DNA of 64,000 nt. It comes from an archaeon GW2011_AR15 (GTDB taxonomy: Archaea; Nanobdellota; Nanobdellia; Woesearchaeales; GW2011-AR15). The stretch spans positions 224,001 to 288,000 of the forward strand of contig CP010425.1 in NCBI GenBank assembly GCA_000830295.1, read 5' to 3'. Both the position numbers and the translations under genes were made by a program. The notes beneath the pieces are model-generated. The model saw nothing but the letters and a program-made list of their open reading frames with translations, was not told where the DNA came from and did no database searches. Shown in pieces: positions 40,104 to 49,695 of this stretch (positions within the stretch are counted from its first letter, which is position 1; every line of letters begins with the position of its first letter).

Positions 40104-40728
40104 CTTCGCAGAAATCACACAGCTTCTTGAATTTCTCTGCGTCTGCCCTGCTCCCTATTATCCTGCCGTAATGCATCGGGATGGCAATCTTTGGCATTAT
40201 CTTTTTTGCTGCCTGGGCTGCCTCTTCTGCTGTCATGACATATGTTCCTGAGACAGGGAGCATGGCAACATCCGCCTTTACTTCTGACATCTCAGGAATC
40301 AGGTCAGTATCTCCTGAATGATAGAACCTCACATTGTTTATTTTGATTATATAGCCGACCCATTCGTTCATGCCCGGATGAAAATTCTTGTTTATGTTGT
40401 ATGCCGGCACTGCCTTTACCTCAATCCCTCCAAAAGAAAAAGATTCCCCTGGCCTGGCAAGCTTCAGCTTCCCGCCGTCAACTTTTCCCGCAAATTTGCT
40501 TGTTGTGTCAGGCGTTGTGATAATCAGGGTGTCTTCCTTCACTAGTTTTGCAATATCCGCGATGCTGCAGTGGTCATAATGGCCGTGACTTATGAGAAGC
40601 AGGTCTGCCTTCTCTGTCTCATCAACCTGGAAAGGGTCTATATAGACAACTTTCCCTCCGAAGCTGAATTTGAATGATGAGTGGCCGAGCCACTTCAGCT
40701 GGACTCCGTTGATATCAACTGCTTTCAT
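40087..40728 (-). CDS. MBL-fold metallo-hydrolase
   Basis: WLGHSSF, ISHGHYDH, HSGDT, IPMHYG. Confidence 0.92.
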   Translation of the reverse strand: MKAVDINGVQLKWLGHSSFKFSFGGKVVYIDPFQVDETEKADLLLISHGHYDHCSIADIAKLVKEDTLIITTPDTTSKFAGKVDGGKLKLARPGESFSFGGIEVKAVPAYNINKNFHPGMNEWVGYIIKINNVRFYHSGDTDLIPEMSEVKADVAMLPVSGTYVMTAEEAAQAAKKIMPKIAIPMHYGRIIGSRADAEKFKKLCDFCEVKILD

Positions 40729-41366
40729 TTCAGCGCCTCTCTAAGCTCATGTATTGCTTTTTTTCTGTCTTTTTTCCCGAAGATTGATGAGCCCGCAACA
40801 AACACATTAACCCCGGATTTTTTGGCTGCCTTTATTGTAGTTTCGTTTATCCCGCCGTCAATAAGAATATCTCCAGCAAATCCTTTTTCCCTTAATAATC
40901 TGGCCTTTTTCAGCACTTCAGGGATGAATTTCTGACCGCCGAATCCCGCGTAAACTGACATTATCAGGACAGCATCAATCTCTTTCATGACAGGAAGGAC
41001 AAGCGAAACCGGCTTATCCGGGTTTACTGCAAGGCCCACTTTCACTTTCATTGCCCTTATCTTCTTTATTGCCTTCAGAAGCTCGCCCTTATTTCTGAAA
41101 AGCTCTGCATGGAAAAATATCCTGTCAACATATTTTGAGAAATCCTTAGCATACCTGACAGGCTCTTCAATCATCAGGTGGCAGTCCATTGGCAGCTTTG
41201 TCTTTATACCTTTGACAACAACGCTTCCATAACTGATATTGCCGACAAAATGCCCATCCATCACGTCAATATGCAAAGAATCAGCATATCCCCCAACATC
41301 CTGGATTTCCTGGTTCAGCTTCCCGAAATCCGCTGATAATATTGAGGGTGAAATCTTCAGTTTCAT
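40725..41366 (-). CDS. rpe: ribulose-phosphate 3-epimerase
   Basis: SPSILSADF, HIDVMDGHFV, DCHLMI, GFGGQKF, IDGG. Confidence 0.95.
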   Translation of the reverse strand: MKLKISPSILSADFGKLNQEIQDVGGYADSLHIDVMDGHFVGNISYGSVVVKGIKTKLPMDCHLMIEEPVRYAKDFSKYVDRIFFHAELFRNKGELLKAIKKIRAMKVKVGLAVNPDKPVSLVLPVMKEIDAVLIMSVYAGFGGQKFIPEVLKKARLLREKGFAGDILIDGGINETTIKAAKKSGVNVFVAGSSIFGKKDRKKAIHELREALK

Positions 41367-41411
41367 CAGTATGTGAAAACAAAGAGAGATTAATAATACT
41401 TTTGTTTAGAA

Positions 41412-41948
41412 CTAAAGTTTGCTGTCAGTTGAATATAATCCAATCAGGTCCCTGACAAATGGCTCCCTGCCTGATAAAAGCCATGAGGCAAAACCAAATA
41501 TCCCATGTATCGGCTTATGGGGGAAATCAGCCTGGACATAAACTGAAAGCTGCGACTGCTCTTCTCCCCATGAAAAATGATAGAATCCGACTTTCCTGTC
41601 AAGCGACCTCACTTCGCCATTCTCCGGGTCCATATATTCTGCTCTTGTGCTGTGGATGTCACCCTCTACGGTTCTCTTGTTTGTATCCAGCCTTATTTTA
41701 TCAAACCCGAGCAGATATTCATCAGGCAGCACTGCATCAGGCAAAGAGAAAATCAGTTCTGCAAGATCCTTCCCTGCCAGGGATATCTGCCCATCCCTGC
41801 CTGGCTTCAGGTAATTATCAATCCTTGGATTTTTAATGATGACCAGTGTTTCAGGCAGTATCCTCTTGTAATCTATTTCCTGCCTGCTTATTTCAGCTGC
41901 ACACAGCCTTGCACCTTGGTTAAGTGTAGACATATTAGGGGGAAACAA
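41412..41948 (-). CDS. hypothetical protein
   Basis: ORF between rpiB and rpe; no motif recognised. Confidence 0.55.
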   Translation of the reverse strand: MFPPNMSTLNQGARLCAAEISRQEIDYKRILPETLVIIKNPRIDNYLKPGRDGQISLAGKDLAELIFSLPDAVLPDEYLLGFDKIRLDTNKRTVEGDIHSTRAEYMDPENGEVRSLDRKVGFYHFSWGEEQSQLSVYVQADFPHKPIHGIFGFASWLLSGREPFVRDLIGLYSTDSKL

Positions 41949-41963
41949 TAATTTATTTATAAA

Positions 41964-42416
41964 TCACTTGCTTTTAGAATTCTCATACTGCCTTATTTTT
42001 TCCAGCCTTCTTGCATGCCTCTTTTCATTGCTGAAATCAGTCTCAAGCCATGCCTTCAGTGCTTCTGCTGCTTTTTTCTCATCCATCCAGTCGCCTGAAA
42101 GTGCTATTATATTGGCATTATTGTGCTCCCTGCTGTGGACTGCTGACTTCTTGTCAAAAACTGCTGCTGCCCTAATCCCCCTGACCTTGTTCGCTGCTAT
42201 TACCATGCCTGCTGCTGACCTGCACAAAAGGATTCCCTTATTCCCTGAGCCTGCAGCAACCTTCTCTGCAACTTTGAGCGCATAATCCGGATAATCGTCA
42301 TCCTTCTCATATTTCAGATTGCCCAAATCCATGAATTCATGGCCTGATTTTTCAAGAAATTTTTTTATGTGCTCTTTCAGCTCAAATCCGCCATGGTCAG
42401 AACCTATGTATATCAT
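41964..42416 (-). CDS. rpiB: ribose-5-phosphate isomerase B
   Basis: IGSDHGG, DDYPD, ANKVRGIRAA, REHNNAN, RHARR. Confidence 0.95.
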   Translation of the reverse strand: MIYIGSDHGGFELKEHIKKFLEKSGHEFMDLGNLKYEKDDDYPDYALKVAEKVAAGSGNKGILLCRSAAGMVIAANKVRGIRAAAVFDKKSAVHSREHNNANIIALSGDWMDEKKAAEALKAWLETDFSNEKRHARRLEKIRQYENSKSK

Positions 42417-42500
42417 GGCAGAAATTAACCCTGCTGCTTATATATAATTTTCTATTCTATCTCGAAAGTTATTTAAATTTATACCTAATCCAAAGCCGTG

Positions 42501-42538
42501 TGCCTCAGTATAGCAAACTGAAAGTTTGCTTATCTGAG
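42501..42538 (+). repeat. copy of tRNA-Asn 5' end in a hairpin
   Basis: tgcctcagta 42501-42510 = 42554-42563; CTCAG/CTGAG and AGCAAAC/GTTTGCT stems. Confidence 0.7.
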
Positions 42539-42554
42539 ATTTTGTTTAAAAAAT

Positions 42555-42642
42555 GCCTCAGTAGCTTAGCAGGTGGAGCGGTCGGCTGTTAACACCTATG
42601 AAAGAAACCGACAGGTCACCAGTTCAAATCTGGTCTGAGGCG
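42555..42642 (+). tRNA. tRNA-Asn(GTT) with 15-nt intron at 37/38 (42592-42606)
   Basis: GCCTCAG/CTGAGGC acceptor stem, GTCGG-CT-GTT-A[intron]A-CCGAC, GTTCAAATC; relaxed BHB. Confidence 0.92.
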
Positions 42643-42729
42643 CTTTTTTTTCTATGTGGGCTTGAACGAAGTGAAACCCACCTGTTTCGTTCAACCATTT
42701 CTTAAAGGGTTGGTCTGAGGCGCTTTTTT
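42631..42729 (+). repeat. 19-bp direct repeat of tRNA-Asn 3' end flanking a structured 61-nt insert
   Basis: tggtctgaggcgctttttt at 42631-42649 and 42711-42729; insert has TTGAACGAA/TTCGTTCAA and GTGGG/CCCAC. Confidence 0.85.
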
Positions 42730-42730
42730 C

Positions 42731-43366
42731 CTAGCAGTTTATCCTGTTTGGCTCTCCCACAGTGCACACTATCCTGTCATTTGAGACTACATAAGAATCA
42801 ATATTTTGGTCGTCTATCTTGTTTTTGCAGCATATGTTGTTTGCTGAAGTCTGCACTATAGTCTCGTGCCTTCCAACAAGCTCCTGGTAATCTGCTTTCA
42901 GCTGGTTCAGCTCTACCTCTGCCTGGCTCCTGTTCTCCTGGTATCTCCTCTCCACCTCTGTCATGTTCCTGCTGTATTCTGACTGCAGCTGCTCTATATC
43001 AGACAGAAGCTTCAGGTTTGCTGACTGGCACAGGAAGGTCCTGTTTTTCTCATTTCTCAGCTCTGCAACAGTCTCATTGTTCACTATCCTGCAGCTTTCA
43101 AGCTGCGTCTCGGCAAAAAGCACGTCTGATTTCAGCGTGTCAAGCTCGCTCATTATGTTTTCCACATCCAGGCCAATCCTCTCAAAATCTTTTGACAGCC
43201 TGTAACCTATGAATGCCGGCCTGATTATTATGATCATTATAAGAACAAGGACTATAAGAAGAATGATGGCAAGGCTTATGTGGTGGTGATGCACAGCCAC
43301 ATGCGTCCGCCTCTTAAGCGGCTGCATTGGCGGTACTGGTCCACTTGTTTTCTTGATTGGTTCCAC
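42731..43366 (-). CDS. membrane-anchored coiled-coil protein with Cys-rich C-terminus
   Basis: One TM, heptad repeats, NNICC...IVC...INC. Confidence 0.7.
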   Translation of the reverse strand: MEPIKKTSGPVPPMQPLKRRTHVAVHHHHISLAIILLIVLVLIMIIIIRPAFIGYRLSKDFERIGLDVENIMSELDTLKSDVLFAETQLESCRIVNNETVAELRNEKNRTFLCQSANLKLLSDIEQLQSEYSRNMTEVERRYQENRSQAEVELNQLKADYQELVGRHETIVQTSANNICCKNKIDDQNIDSYVVSNDRIVCTVGEPNRINC

Positions 43367-43415
43367 ACAGAATCACTAGATTATCCTGTATATTTCCACT
43401 ATATAAATCTTCTCT

Positions 43416-45611
43416 CTATCCTGTCAGGACCAGGCCGGAAACGACTGTAGCTGCAATTATGTTGAACATCATTATGACAGCGAATGCTATTGCGCTGTAG
43501 AGGACTCCGCTCTTTCTTATGAAATTGCCGAGCATAAATCTCTCATTCAGCGGGTCATATCCGTTTTCTATTGTATTGAGCATTGTTGTAAGAAGATATG
43601 TTATCTGGACGACATAGATGCCGACAACTATCTGGAAATAGAAGGTAGGGATGCTGTCGCTGAAAAGCTCAAGAAGCCCTGTTGTTGTTCCTGCGACATT
43701 TGAGCTTGAGAATGATGTTACCTGGTTGCCGAGCGTGATAAGGATCGTAGTTATCATGGAGGTAAGCCCTATGACAATCCCTGAGATAAGCGGTGCCAGG
43801 AAATTTATCTGCGAGCGCATGCTGCTGGTTATCTCTGACATCAGGTCCTTAAGCCTCTCATCCACCCTGTGCATCTCCTTTATGTATGTGGAGATGTTTA
43901 TGAGGGACTGCGATGCTATCTCTGGCCCTTTTTTTGCGCTCTCGACGAAAACCTTCATTGAGCTTTCTATAAGTGCAGAGGGGAACTTTGTTATTGCCCC
44001 GTGCTTCGGGTCAAATATTGCGTCCTCGACGCCCATGCCTAGAGTGCTGAGGTTCGTTGTCACCAGGTCAAAAAACTGCCCTGATTTTGTGCCTTCCATT
44101 ATGTGCGAGACCTTGCTGAAGGCTATCTCTGCAGGCAGGCCGTCTCCGATCCTGTTTCCCAGCTGGAATATCGCAGCTGCAAACTCGTTCTCAAGTGCTT
44201 TTGTCTCCGCCCTTATCTTAACAAGCTTCTTTGTCCTTGCCGTGAAATAGAACGCCATTGCAAGCGCCAGCCCAAGAGGGATGAATATGCTTATCAGTGT
44301 CGCGCCAAGGCCATAAGGCCCGAGCAGCTGAGTGCCGTCCTTGCTCTCTTTGTATCCCAGGAAGGTAAATTTTGCTGCCTTCAGGGCTTCCGGGTCTGTC
44401 GTGCTTATTACCTGCCATTTCTCATTTACAATGATATCAAAGAACTGCCCGCTGACTGTGGAGGTAAGATGAAGGATAAGGGGCATAATTCCTATTACAA
44501 GAAATACAAGGAATATTATTGCTGAAATCCATATCGGGTTGAATGATACCTCTTTTTTCCCGAGCTTCATGGTAAGCATCGTATGCTTTTTCAGCTCCGG
44601 GTTGACTTCCGTGATATCAGCCTGGCCATAGCCTGTCGGCCTTGTTGAAAGTATTTTCTTGCCAAGATACCAGACACTAAGGGGAAGGAAGACATTGTAA
44701 AGCACAGAAATATGGTACCACTGCACATTCTCCATGAAGCTCACAACAAGAGGAAGGATAACAAGCCCGAGTATAGGCAGTATCACCCCAAGCATGTGGA
44801 GCATTGTTATAGGCTCTTTCAGGTCCTGGGCAAAATGGAACATTTTTTCATATGTAGCCTCAAGTATAAGTGAAAGCGATTTTTCAAGCGCTTCCTGCCT
44901 CTTCTTCTCTGACGGCTCCAGCAGGGAAGACTGGATAAGGTGTATGCTCTCGACAAACTCAGGTGTGTATTTTTTCCACCTGCTGAGGTAATCGTCAAGG
45001 CTGTCCTTCACGGATTTGAACTTGGAGGACTCTACATTCCACATTATTTTCTTGAAATCAAGGGACAGGGGTGGCGAAATGTGGTCAGATGCGAATTTTA
45101 TGGCCAGCTCAAGGTTGGAAGTGTGCCTCATGTACGAGACAATATAGAACACGGAAAGCACCATCTGGTTGCTTGCCTTCAGCCTCCAGTTGTTTGCCAG
45201 GAGCATCGGAAGTGTTGTAAGCGGCACTATAAGTATAAGCCCGAAAATAATGAACATGAACATAAAGAACATTGATGACCCTGGCGCAATCAGGGAGAAA
45301 AGAGTAAACGAAAGAGCTACGCCAAGAAGTATGAATGCTATCGGGAATAGTATTGCAAATGAGGTCACTCCCGCTGGGGTTGTGTTAAGGTGGCAGGTCT
45401 CAAGCGCTTCCTGCAGCTCAGCCAGCTTTTTTTTGTCAGGGCTCAGCTTTACAATATTTGAGCAGAAATTGCAGGCCTTCTCGTACAGGGTAAACCTGCC
45501 GGGCATCACCTCGCTCCTGAACTGGTTGTACTCCTCTGACTTTACGGACTCTGAATGAGATTCTGTAAATGCCTTTATTTCCTTTTTTAGCTCGTCCTCG
45601 CTAAGAACCAT
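43416..45611 (-). CDS. TadC/FlaJ-like pilus assembly platform protein (two T2SS-F-type domains)
   Basis: Two repeated cytoplasmic domain + TM-bundle units; SNLELAI, LGNRIGDGLPAE. Confidence 0.75.
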   Translation of the reverse strand: MVLSEDELKKEIKAFTESHSESVKSEEYNQFRSEVMPGRFTLYEKACNFCSNIVKLSPDKKKLAELQEALETCHLNTTPAGVTSFAILFPIAFILLGVALSFTLFSLIAPGSSMFFMFMFIIFGLILIVPLTTLPMLLANNWRLKASNQMVLSVFYIVSYMRHTSNLELAIKFASDHISPPLSLDFKKIMWNVESSKFKSVKDSLDDYLSRWKKYTPEFVESIHLIQSSLLEPSEKKRQEALEKSLSLILEATYEKMFHFAQDLKEPITMLHMLGVILPILGLVILPLVVSFMENVQWYHISVLYNVFLPLSVWYLGKKILSTRPTGYGQADITEVNPELKKHTMLTMKLGKKEVSFNPIWISAIIFLVFLVIGIMPLILHLTSTVSGQFFDIIVNEKWQVISTTDPEALKAAKFTFLGYKESKDGTQLLGPYGLGATLISIFIPLGLALAMAFYFTARTKKLVKIRAETKALENEFAAAIFQLGNRIGDGLPAEIAFSKVSHIMEGTKSGQFFDLVTTNLSTLGMGVEDAIFDPKHGAITKFPSALIESSMKVFVESAKKGPEIASQSLINISTYIKEMHRVDERLKDLMSEITSSMRSQINFLAPLISGIVIGLTSMITTILITLGNQVTSFSSSNVAGTTTGLLELFSDSIPTFYFQIVVGIYVVQITYLLTTMLNTIENGYDPLNERFMLGNFIRKSGVLYSAIAFAVIMMFNIIAATVVSGLVLTG

Positions 45612-45713
45612 AATTTACCTCTTTTTTCAGAGATAAATCAAAGCACTCTACTATAAAAGGGTTTCGAATCAGCAGCGAAACGTTTTAATATAAACAGCTA
45701 ATTTCACGTACAG

Positions 45714-46175
45714 ATGAACCTGAAAGAAACATACGGGAAACTTGAGAAAAAATACTCCCTGCCGGCATACTCTGAGCTGAACAGGGACTTTGACATTGAG
45801 GACATACTTCCTGAGACAGAAGTCATGCTCCAGAAAATAAGGGGAAAAATCACTGAGAAGCTTGAAGGCTACGCAGGGCTTATAGAATCTTTTGTCCAGC
45901 CTGACACAAACATGAAGGACATGTACGAGGCAAGGCACATGGATGATGCAGACAGGGAGCATGCCTATGCTTTGTTCAAGAAGATTATGCACATAATAAG
46001 GAGATCTGCCCTTACTGCCATCCAGAACACAGAGGAAGGCAATGCTTCATTCATAAAAGAATCATTCAGTGAATGGAATGCTCTTAAGAAGCAGATAGAG
46101 CCGCACATCAGGAAGCTGGAGGAAATCTGGAAAAAAGAGACAGATATAAAAACGGATCTGAGTTATTTTGGATAG
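45714..46175 (+). CDS. hypothetical protein
   Basis: 153-aa helical ORF, KYSLP...ELNRDFDIE. Confidence 0.75.
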   Translation: MNLKETYGKLEKKYSLPAYSELNRDFDIEDILPETEVMLQKIRGKITEKLEGYAGLIESFVQPDTNMKDMYEARHMDDADREHAYALFKKIMHIIRRSALTAIQNTEEGNASFIKESFSEWNALKKQIEPHIRKLEEIWKKETDIKTDLSYFG

Positions 46176-46182
46176 TGAACTT

Positions 46183-46737
46183 ATGATGAGACTGGTGTTT
46201 TTGGGGCCTCCGGGCGCAGGAAAAGGGACACAGGCAAAAATACTTTCAGAGAGCCTTAATATCCCCCACATATCAACAGGCGATATCTTCAGGTATAATA
46301 TCGAGAACAAGACAGAGCTCGGAAGAGAGGCATCCGAGTTCATGAACAGGGGATTTCTTGTGCCTGACAAGATAACAAACGCCATGGTCCTCAACAGGCT
46401 CAGCATGGACGACTGCAAAAACGGATATATTCTGGACGGCTATCCAAGGACAATCAACCAGGCTGAATTTCTCGACAGCATGCAGGAAATCAATCATGCA
46501 GTCTATTTTTACCTGAGGGATGAAATTGCAATTGAAAGGCTGATGAGCAGGGCCAAGCAGGAATCAAGAAGCGATGACAGCCCCGAAGTCATAAAGAACA
46601 GGCTGCAGGTATACAAAGAGCAGACACAACCGCTTATTAACTACTATAAAGAAAGAGGTACACTTCTGGAGATTGACGCAGGAGCGGGTATAACCATGAT
46701 AAGCAAGGATGTCAGAAGGGCACTGAAGCTATCCTAA
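46183..46737 (+). CDS. adk: adenylate kinase, bacterial type with short LID
   Basis: LGPPGAGKGTQA, HISTGD, ILDGYPRT, RSDD. Confidence 0.95.
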   Translation: MMRLVFLGPPGAGKGTQAKILSESLNIPHISTGDIFRYNIENKTELGREASEFMNRGFLVPDKITNAMVLNRLSMDDCKNGYILDGYPRTINQAEFLDSMQEINHAVYFYLRDEIAIERLMSRAKQESRSDDSPEVIKNRLQVYKEQTQPLINYYKERGTLLEIDAGAGITMISKDVRRALKLS

Positions 46738-46749
46738 CTTATTTGAAGA

Positions 46750-47196
46750 ATGAAAATACTTTTTGTCTGCAAGGGCAACATGTTCAGGAGCCAGCTGGCA
46801 GAATATTTCTTCAATAAATCCGCAAAAAAACACAGGGCAGAAAGCGCAGGGATAAACGCAAGGTATGCTGGCATCAGGCTTTCAAGGCTTTACCACATTG
46901 AGAGCGGAAGGGCGAAGGACGCCGAGAAGTTCATTGCAGAGCTTGATAAGGAAATGCTTGAAAAAGTGCCGAAGCAGCTTACCCCTGAGATGATTGATGC
47001 GTCTGACAAGGTTGTTGTGCTGCTGGAATCAGAAAAGGAGATGCCGGATTACCTGAAAAATTCTCCAAAGCTGATATTCTGGAAGATGATAGACGGGATA
47101 AAGGAAGATGGAAGCACAAGGCCTTATGGTGAGCTGTGCAGGATAAGGGAGCAGATAAAGGAAAAAGTAGAGAAGCTTGTGAAAAGCATCAGCTGA
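46750..47196 (+). CDS. low-molecular-weight phosphatase/ArsC family protein
   Basis: ILFVCKGNMFRSQLAE, ESAG, PKQLT. Confidence 0.88.
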   Translation: MKILFVCKGNMFRSQLAEYFFNKSAKKHRAESAGINARYAGIRLSRLYHIESGRAKDAEKFIAELDKEMLEKVPKQLTPEMIDASDKVVVLLESEKEMPDYLKNSPKLIFWKMIDGIKEDGSTRPYGELCRIREQIKEKVEKLVKSIS

Positions 47197-48178
47197 AAAT
47201 CCTCTTTATAACAATTGTTGCATAGCTCCCCTTCCCTAATTCAAACTTAATTGTGCATTTCTTCATGCCGTCATTAAGCTCATCTTTTTCCAGCTCCCCA
47301 ACCTCCATGTTCCTGACTTCTGCAGCTAAATTTCTTGAAGCGCCCATCGGCGTCACATCTGGGATGTTCCTTATAACAAAATCCCTCAGTTCAAGCCCGC
47401 TTCTTTCAAGGGTTTCCTGATAAAGTTTTTCAATTTCCTGGTCTGTGAACTCGGTATCAAACGCAAGGAGCGGGATCTCTATATCCTTTATTTTCTTACG
47501 GGGGAAAATAAATCTGCCGTGCCTGTATTCAGCTTCAGAGAAATTTTCTGAATGGTGCTTTACATATCCTGCAGCAACCTCATTCCACAGGTAGCTCTGC
47601 ACAGCATGGAGGTATAGCTTTAGTATCTTGTGCGGAATCTTCCTTATTGCTCCGATAAAATCATTTTTGCTGTGCAGAAGATGCATGCTTACTTCAGGAT
47701 GGTCCATCATTGACGCTGCCTTTTCAAAATTTTTTTTCAGGATTGCAAGTCCGATTTCAAGGTTGTTTCTGCCGAAGCGCTGCTCGCCAAAATAATTTAT
47801 TATGGAATCCGTCTTCTCGGGTGGCCTCTTTATTTTTCTTATAGTTATTGTAAATTTATTTCCTCTCAGGTCGCCAAGGGAGATGGGTTTTCTGCCATGG
47901 CCGGCAATCTTTGTTTTGTATCTGCCGAAATCTTTGTCCGCTATCTCCCCTTTTACAGAGCAATACTGCCTTGTAACTGCGTTCCTGTCTTTTGTCCCTG
48001 CATAGCTGAAATTTTTTCTCGGAATCCTGAAATCTGCAGAAAGCTCCTGTATAGCTTCCTCTGTGTTGCATGCTTTTTTTTCCAGGAGAAAATAGGTATA
48101 CGGGCCTTCACCGCCAAAATCATGCAGTGGAATCTCCTCTACTATAAAATCCTCAGGGATTTGTTTTATCATGCGCAT
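47189..48178 (-). CDS. truD: tRNA pseudouridine(13) synthase TruD
   Basis: PEDFIVEE, YAGTKDRNAVTRQ, GNKF, NYFGEQRFG, GSYAT. Confidence 0.94.
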   Translation of the reverse strand: MRMIKQIPEDFIVEEIPLHDFGGEGPYTYFLLEKKACNTEEAIQELSADFRIPRKNFSYAGTKDRNAVTRQYCSVKGEIADKDFGRYKTKIAGHGRKPISLGDLRGNKFTITIRKIKRPPEKTDSIINYFGEQRFGRNNLEIGLAILKKNFEKAASMMDHPEVSMHLLHSKNDFIGAIRKIPHKILKLYLHAVQSYLWNEVAAGYVKHHSENFSEAEYRHGRFIFPRKKIKDIEIPLLAFDTEFTDQEIEKLYQETLERSGLELRDFVIRNIPDVTPMGASRNLAAEVRNMEVGELEKDELNDGMKKCTIKFELGKGSYATIVIKRIFS

Positions 48179-48225
48179 CTGTAAAGGCAATATTTATATA
48201 AAAATAAGCTTTTGGTAATATTGTA

Positions 48226-48765
48226 ATGAATGAGAATGTCAGGAAGGAGATAATAGATGTCCTGAAGGGATCAATAAAGATTGTAAAGCAGGACCAGTTA
48301 TTCAGGTTAAGGGAGCTGAGCGACCGCATTATCGAGACTGCTGCTGTCTACCAGGACAGGGAGTCAATAGGCGTTGCGGTGCTGATATATTCTTTGTCAA
48401 AAATATACAGGAGCAAAGATGATGTCGATAATTTTGTGCTCCCGCATCTTGCAGATGCCCTGAAAGCCCTGGAAAAGGATAATCTTGTAAGGTATGAAGC
48501 AGAGATAGACCATATAATAAAAGATATGTCTGAGAAAGACAGCAAGACCAAATTCTATGTTCAGGAAGTTCTCCAGAGGGCTGAAATAAAAAAGGGCTCA
48601 AAAATGTTTGAGCAGGGAATTTCAATGGGTCAGGCTGCGGAAGCCCTTAATGTCTCTATCTGGGACCTTATGGATTATGTCGGCAAGACAAGGATAATTG
48701 ATGAATTCGGCCACAAAACTAATGTAAAGAGCAAGATTGAATTTACAAGGAGGCTTTTCAAATGA
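48226..48765 (+). CDS. protein with C-terminal UPF0175-like HTH (possible antitoxin)
   Basis: GISMGQAAEALNVSIWDLMDY; upstream of a PIN gene. Confidence 0.7.
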   Translation: MNENVRKEIIDVLKGSIKIVKQDQLFRLRELSDRIIETAAVYQDRESIGVAVLIYSLSKIYRSKDDVDNFVLPHLADALKALEKDNLVRYEAEIDHIIKDMSEKDSKTKFYVQEVLQRAEIKKGSKMFEQGISMGQAAEALNVSIWDLMDYVGKTRIIDEFGHKTNVKSKIEFTRRLFK

Positions 48766-48776
48766 AGGCATTAGTC

Positions 48777-48881
48777 TTTGACACTTTGACGAAGGAAAAG
48801 TCCGAAAATCAGGAGGAGTATCTATGATACGAGGAGTGATTTTTGACACTTTGACGAAGGAAAAGTCCAAAAATCAGGAGG
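48777..48881 (+). repeat. 40-bp tandem repeat (65-bp period) carrying an SD, within duplicated gene starts
   Basis: tttgacactttgacgaaggaaaagtcc(g/a)aaaatcaggagg at 48777-48816 and 48842-48881. Confidence 0.9.
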
Positions 48882-48888
48882 GCATATC

Positions 48889-49581
48889 ATGGTAAAAGCC
48901 CTTGTTTTCGATACCGGCCCTCTTATCTCCCTTGCACTGAACAATCTTCTCTGGGTGCTTAAGCCCCTGAAAGAGAAGTTTGGCGGAGAATTCTATATTA
49001 CCCCCTCTGTGAAAAAGGAGGTTGTAGAGAAGCCGCTGACAACAAAGAGATACAAGTTTGAGGCCCTCCAGGTCTTAAGCCTTGTGGAGACAGGAGTGCT
49101 GAAAGTCTATGATTCCCCTGATCTCAGGAAAGAAGCCCTTTCGCTGCTGGATTCAGCCAACAGCCTATTCATGGCAGACGGGAATTATGTAAAAAATGTG
49201 CAGTACGCTGAGATAGAATCCGTCATGGCTGCAAAGCTTCTTCATGCTGATGCCGTGGTGGTAGATGAATTCATAACAAGGGCGCTTCTGGAAAATCCTG
49301 AAGCTGTTGAGCAAAGAATGGAAAAAAGGTTTCACAGGAACATAGATGCTGACAAAAAAAATATAGACGCGTTTTCCAGGCGGGTGTCAGGTATAAATGT
49401 TATAAGGTCATTTGAGCTGATTGCTGTAGCCTACGAGAAAGGATTATTCAGAGAGTATTACCTGAAGCTTGACAACCCGAAAGAAACCCTGCTTGACGGG
49501 CTGCTGTGGGGGCTAAAGCTCAACGGCTGCTCTGTAACTGAGCAGGAAATAGCTGAAATCAAGAAATTAGAGGGCTTTTAG
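48889..49581 (+). CDS. PIN-domain protein (DUF3368-like)
   Basis: LVFDTGPLI, ITPSVKKEV, AEIES, VVVDE acidic residues. Confidence 0.8.
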   Translation: MVKALVFDTGPLISLALNNLLWVLKPLKEKFGGEFYITPSVKKEVVEKPLTTKRYKFEALQVLSLVETGVLKVYDSPDLRKEALSLLDSANSLFMADGNYVKNVQYAEIESVMAAKLLHADAVVVDEFITRALLENPEAVEQRMEKRFHRNIDADKKNIDAFSRRVSGINVIRSFELIAVAYEKGLFREYYLKLDNPKETLLDGLLWGLKLNGCSVTEQEIAEIKKLEGF

Positions 49582-49695
49582 CGTTTTCTCCTCTATTTTA
49601 CCATAAAATTTATAAATATCACGCCCTCATGTTATAGACGGGGGGAGATAGTTTGTATTTTTCCCACATTGTCAATAAAACGGAGGTAAAGTTAA

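Noticed and set aside
48777-48881. Possible CRISPR array
   Set aside because: Only two repeats; the 25-nt 'spacer' encodes a gene start and the repeat contains an SD; no cas operon nearby.
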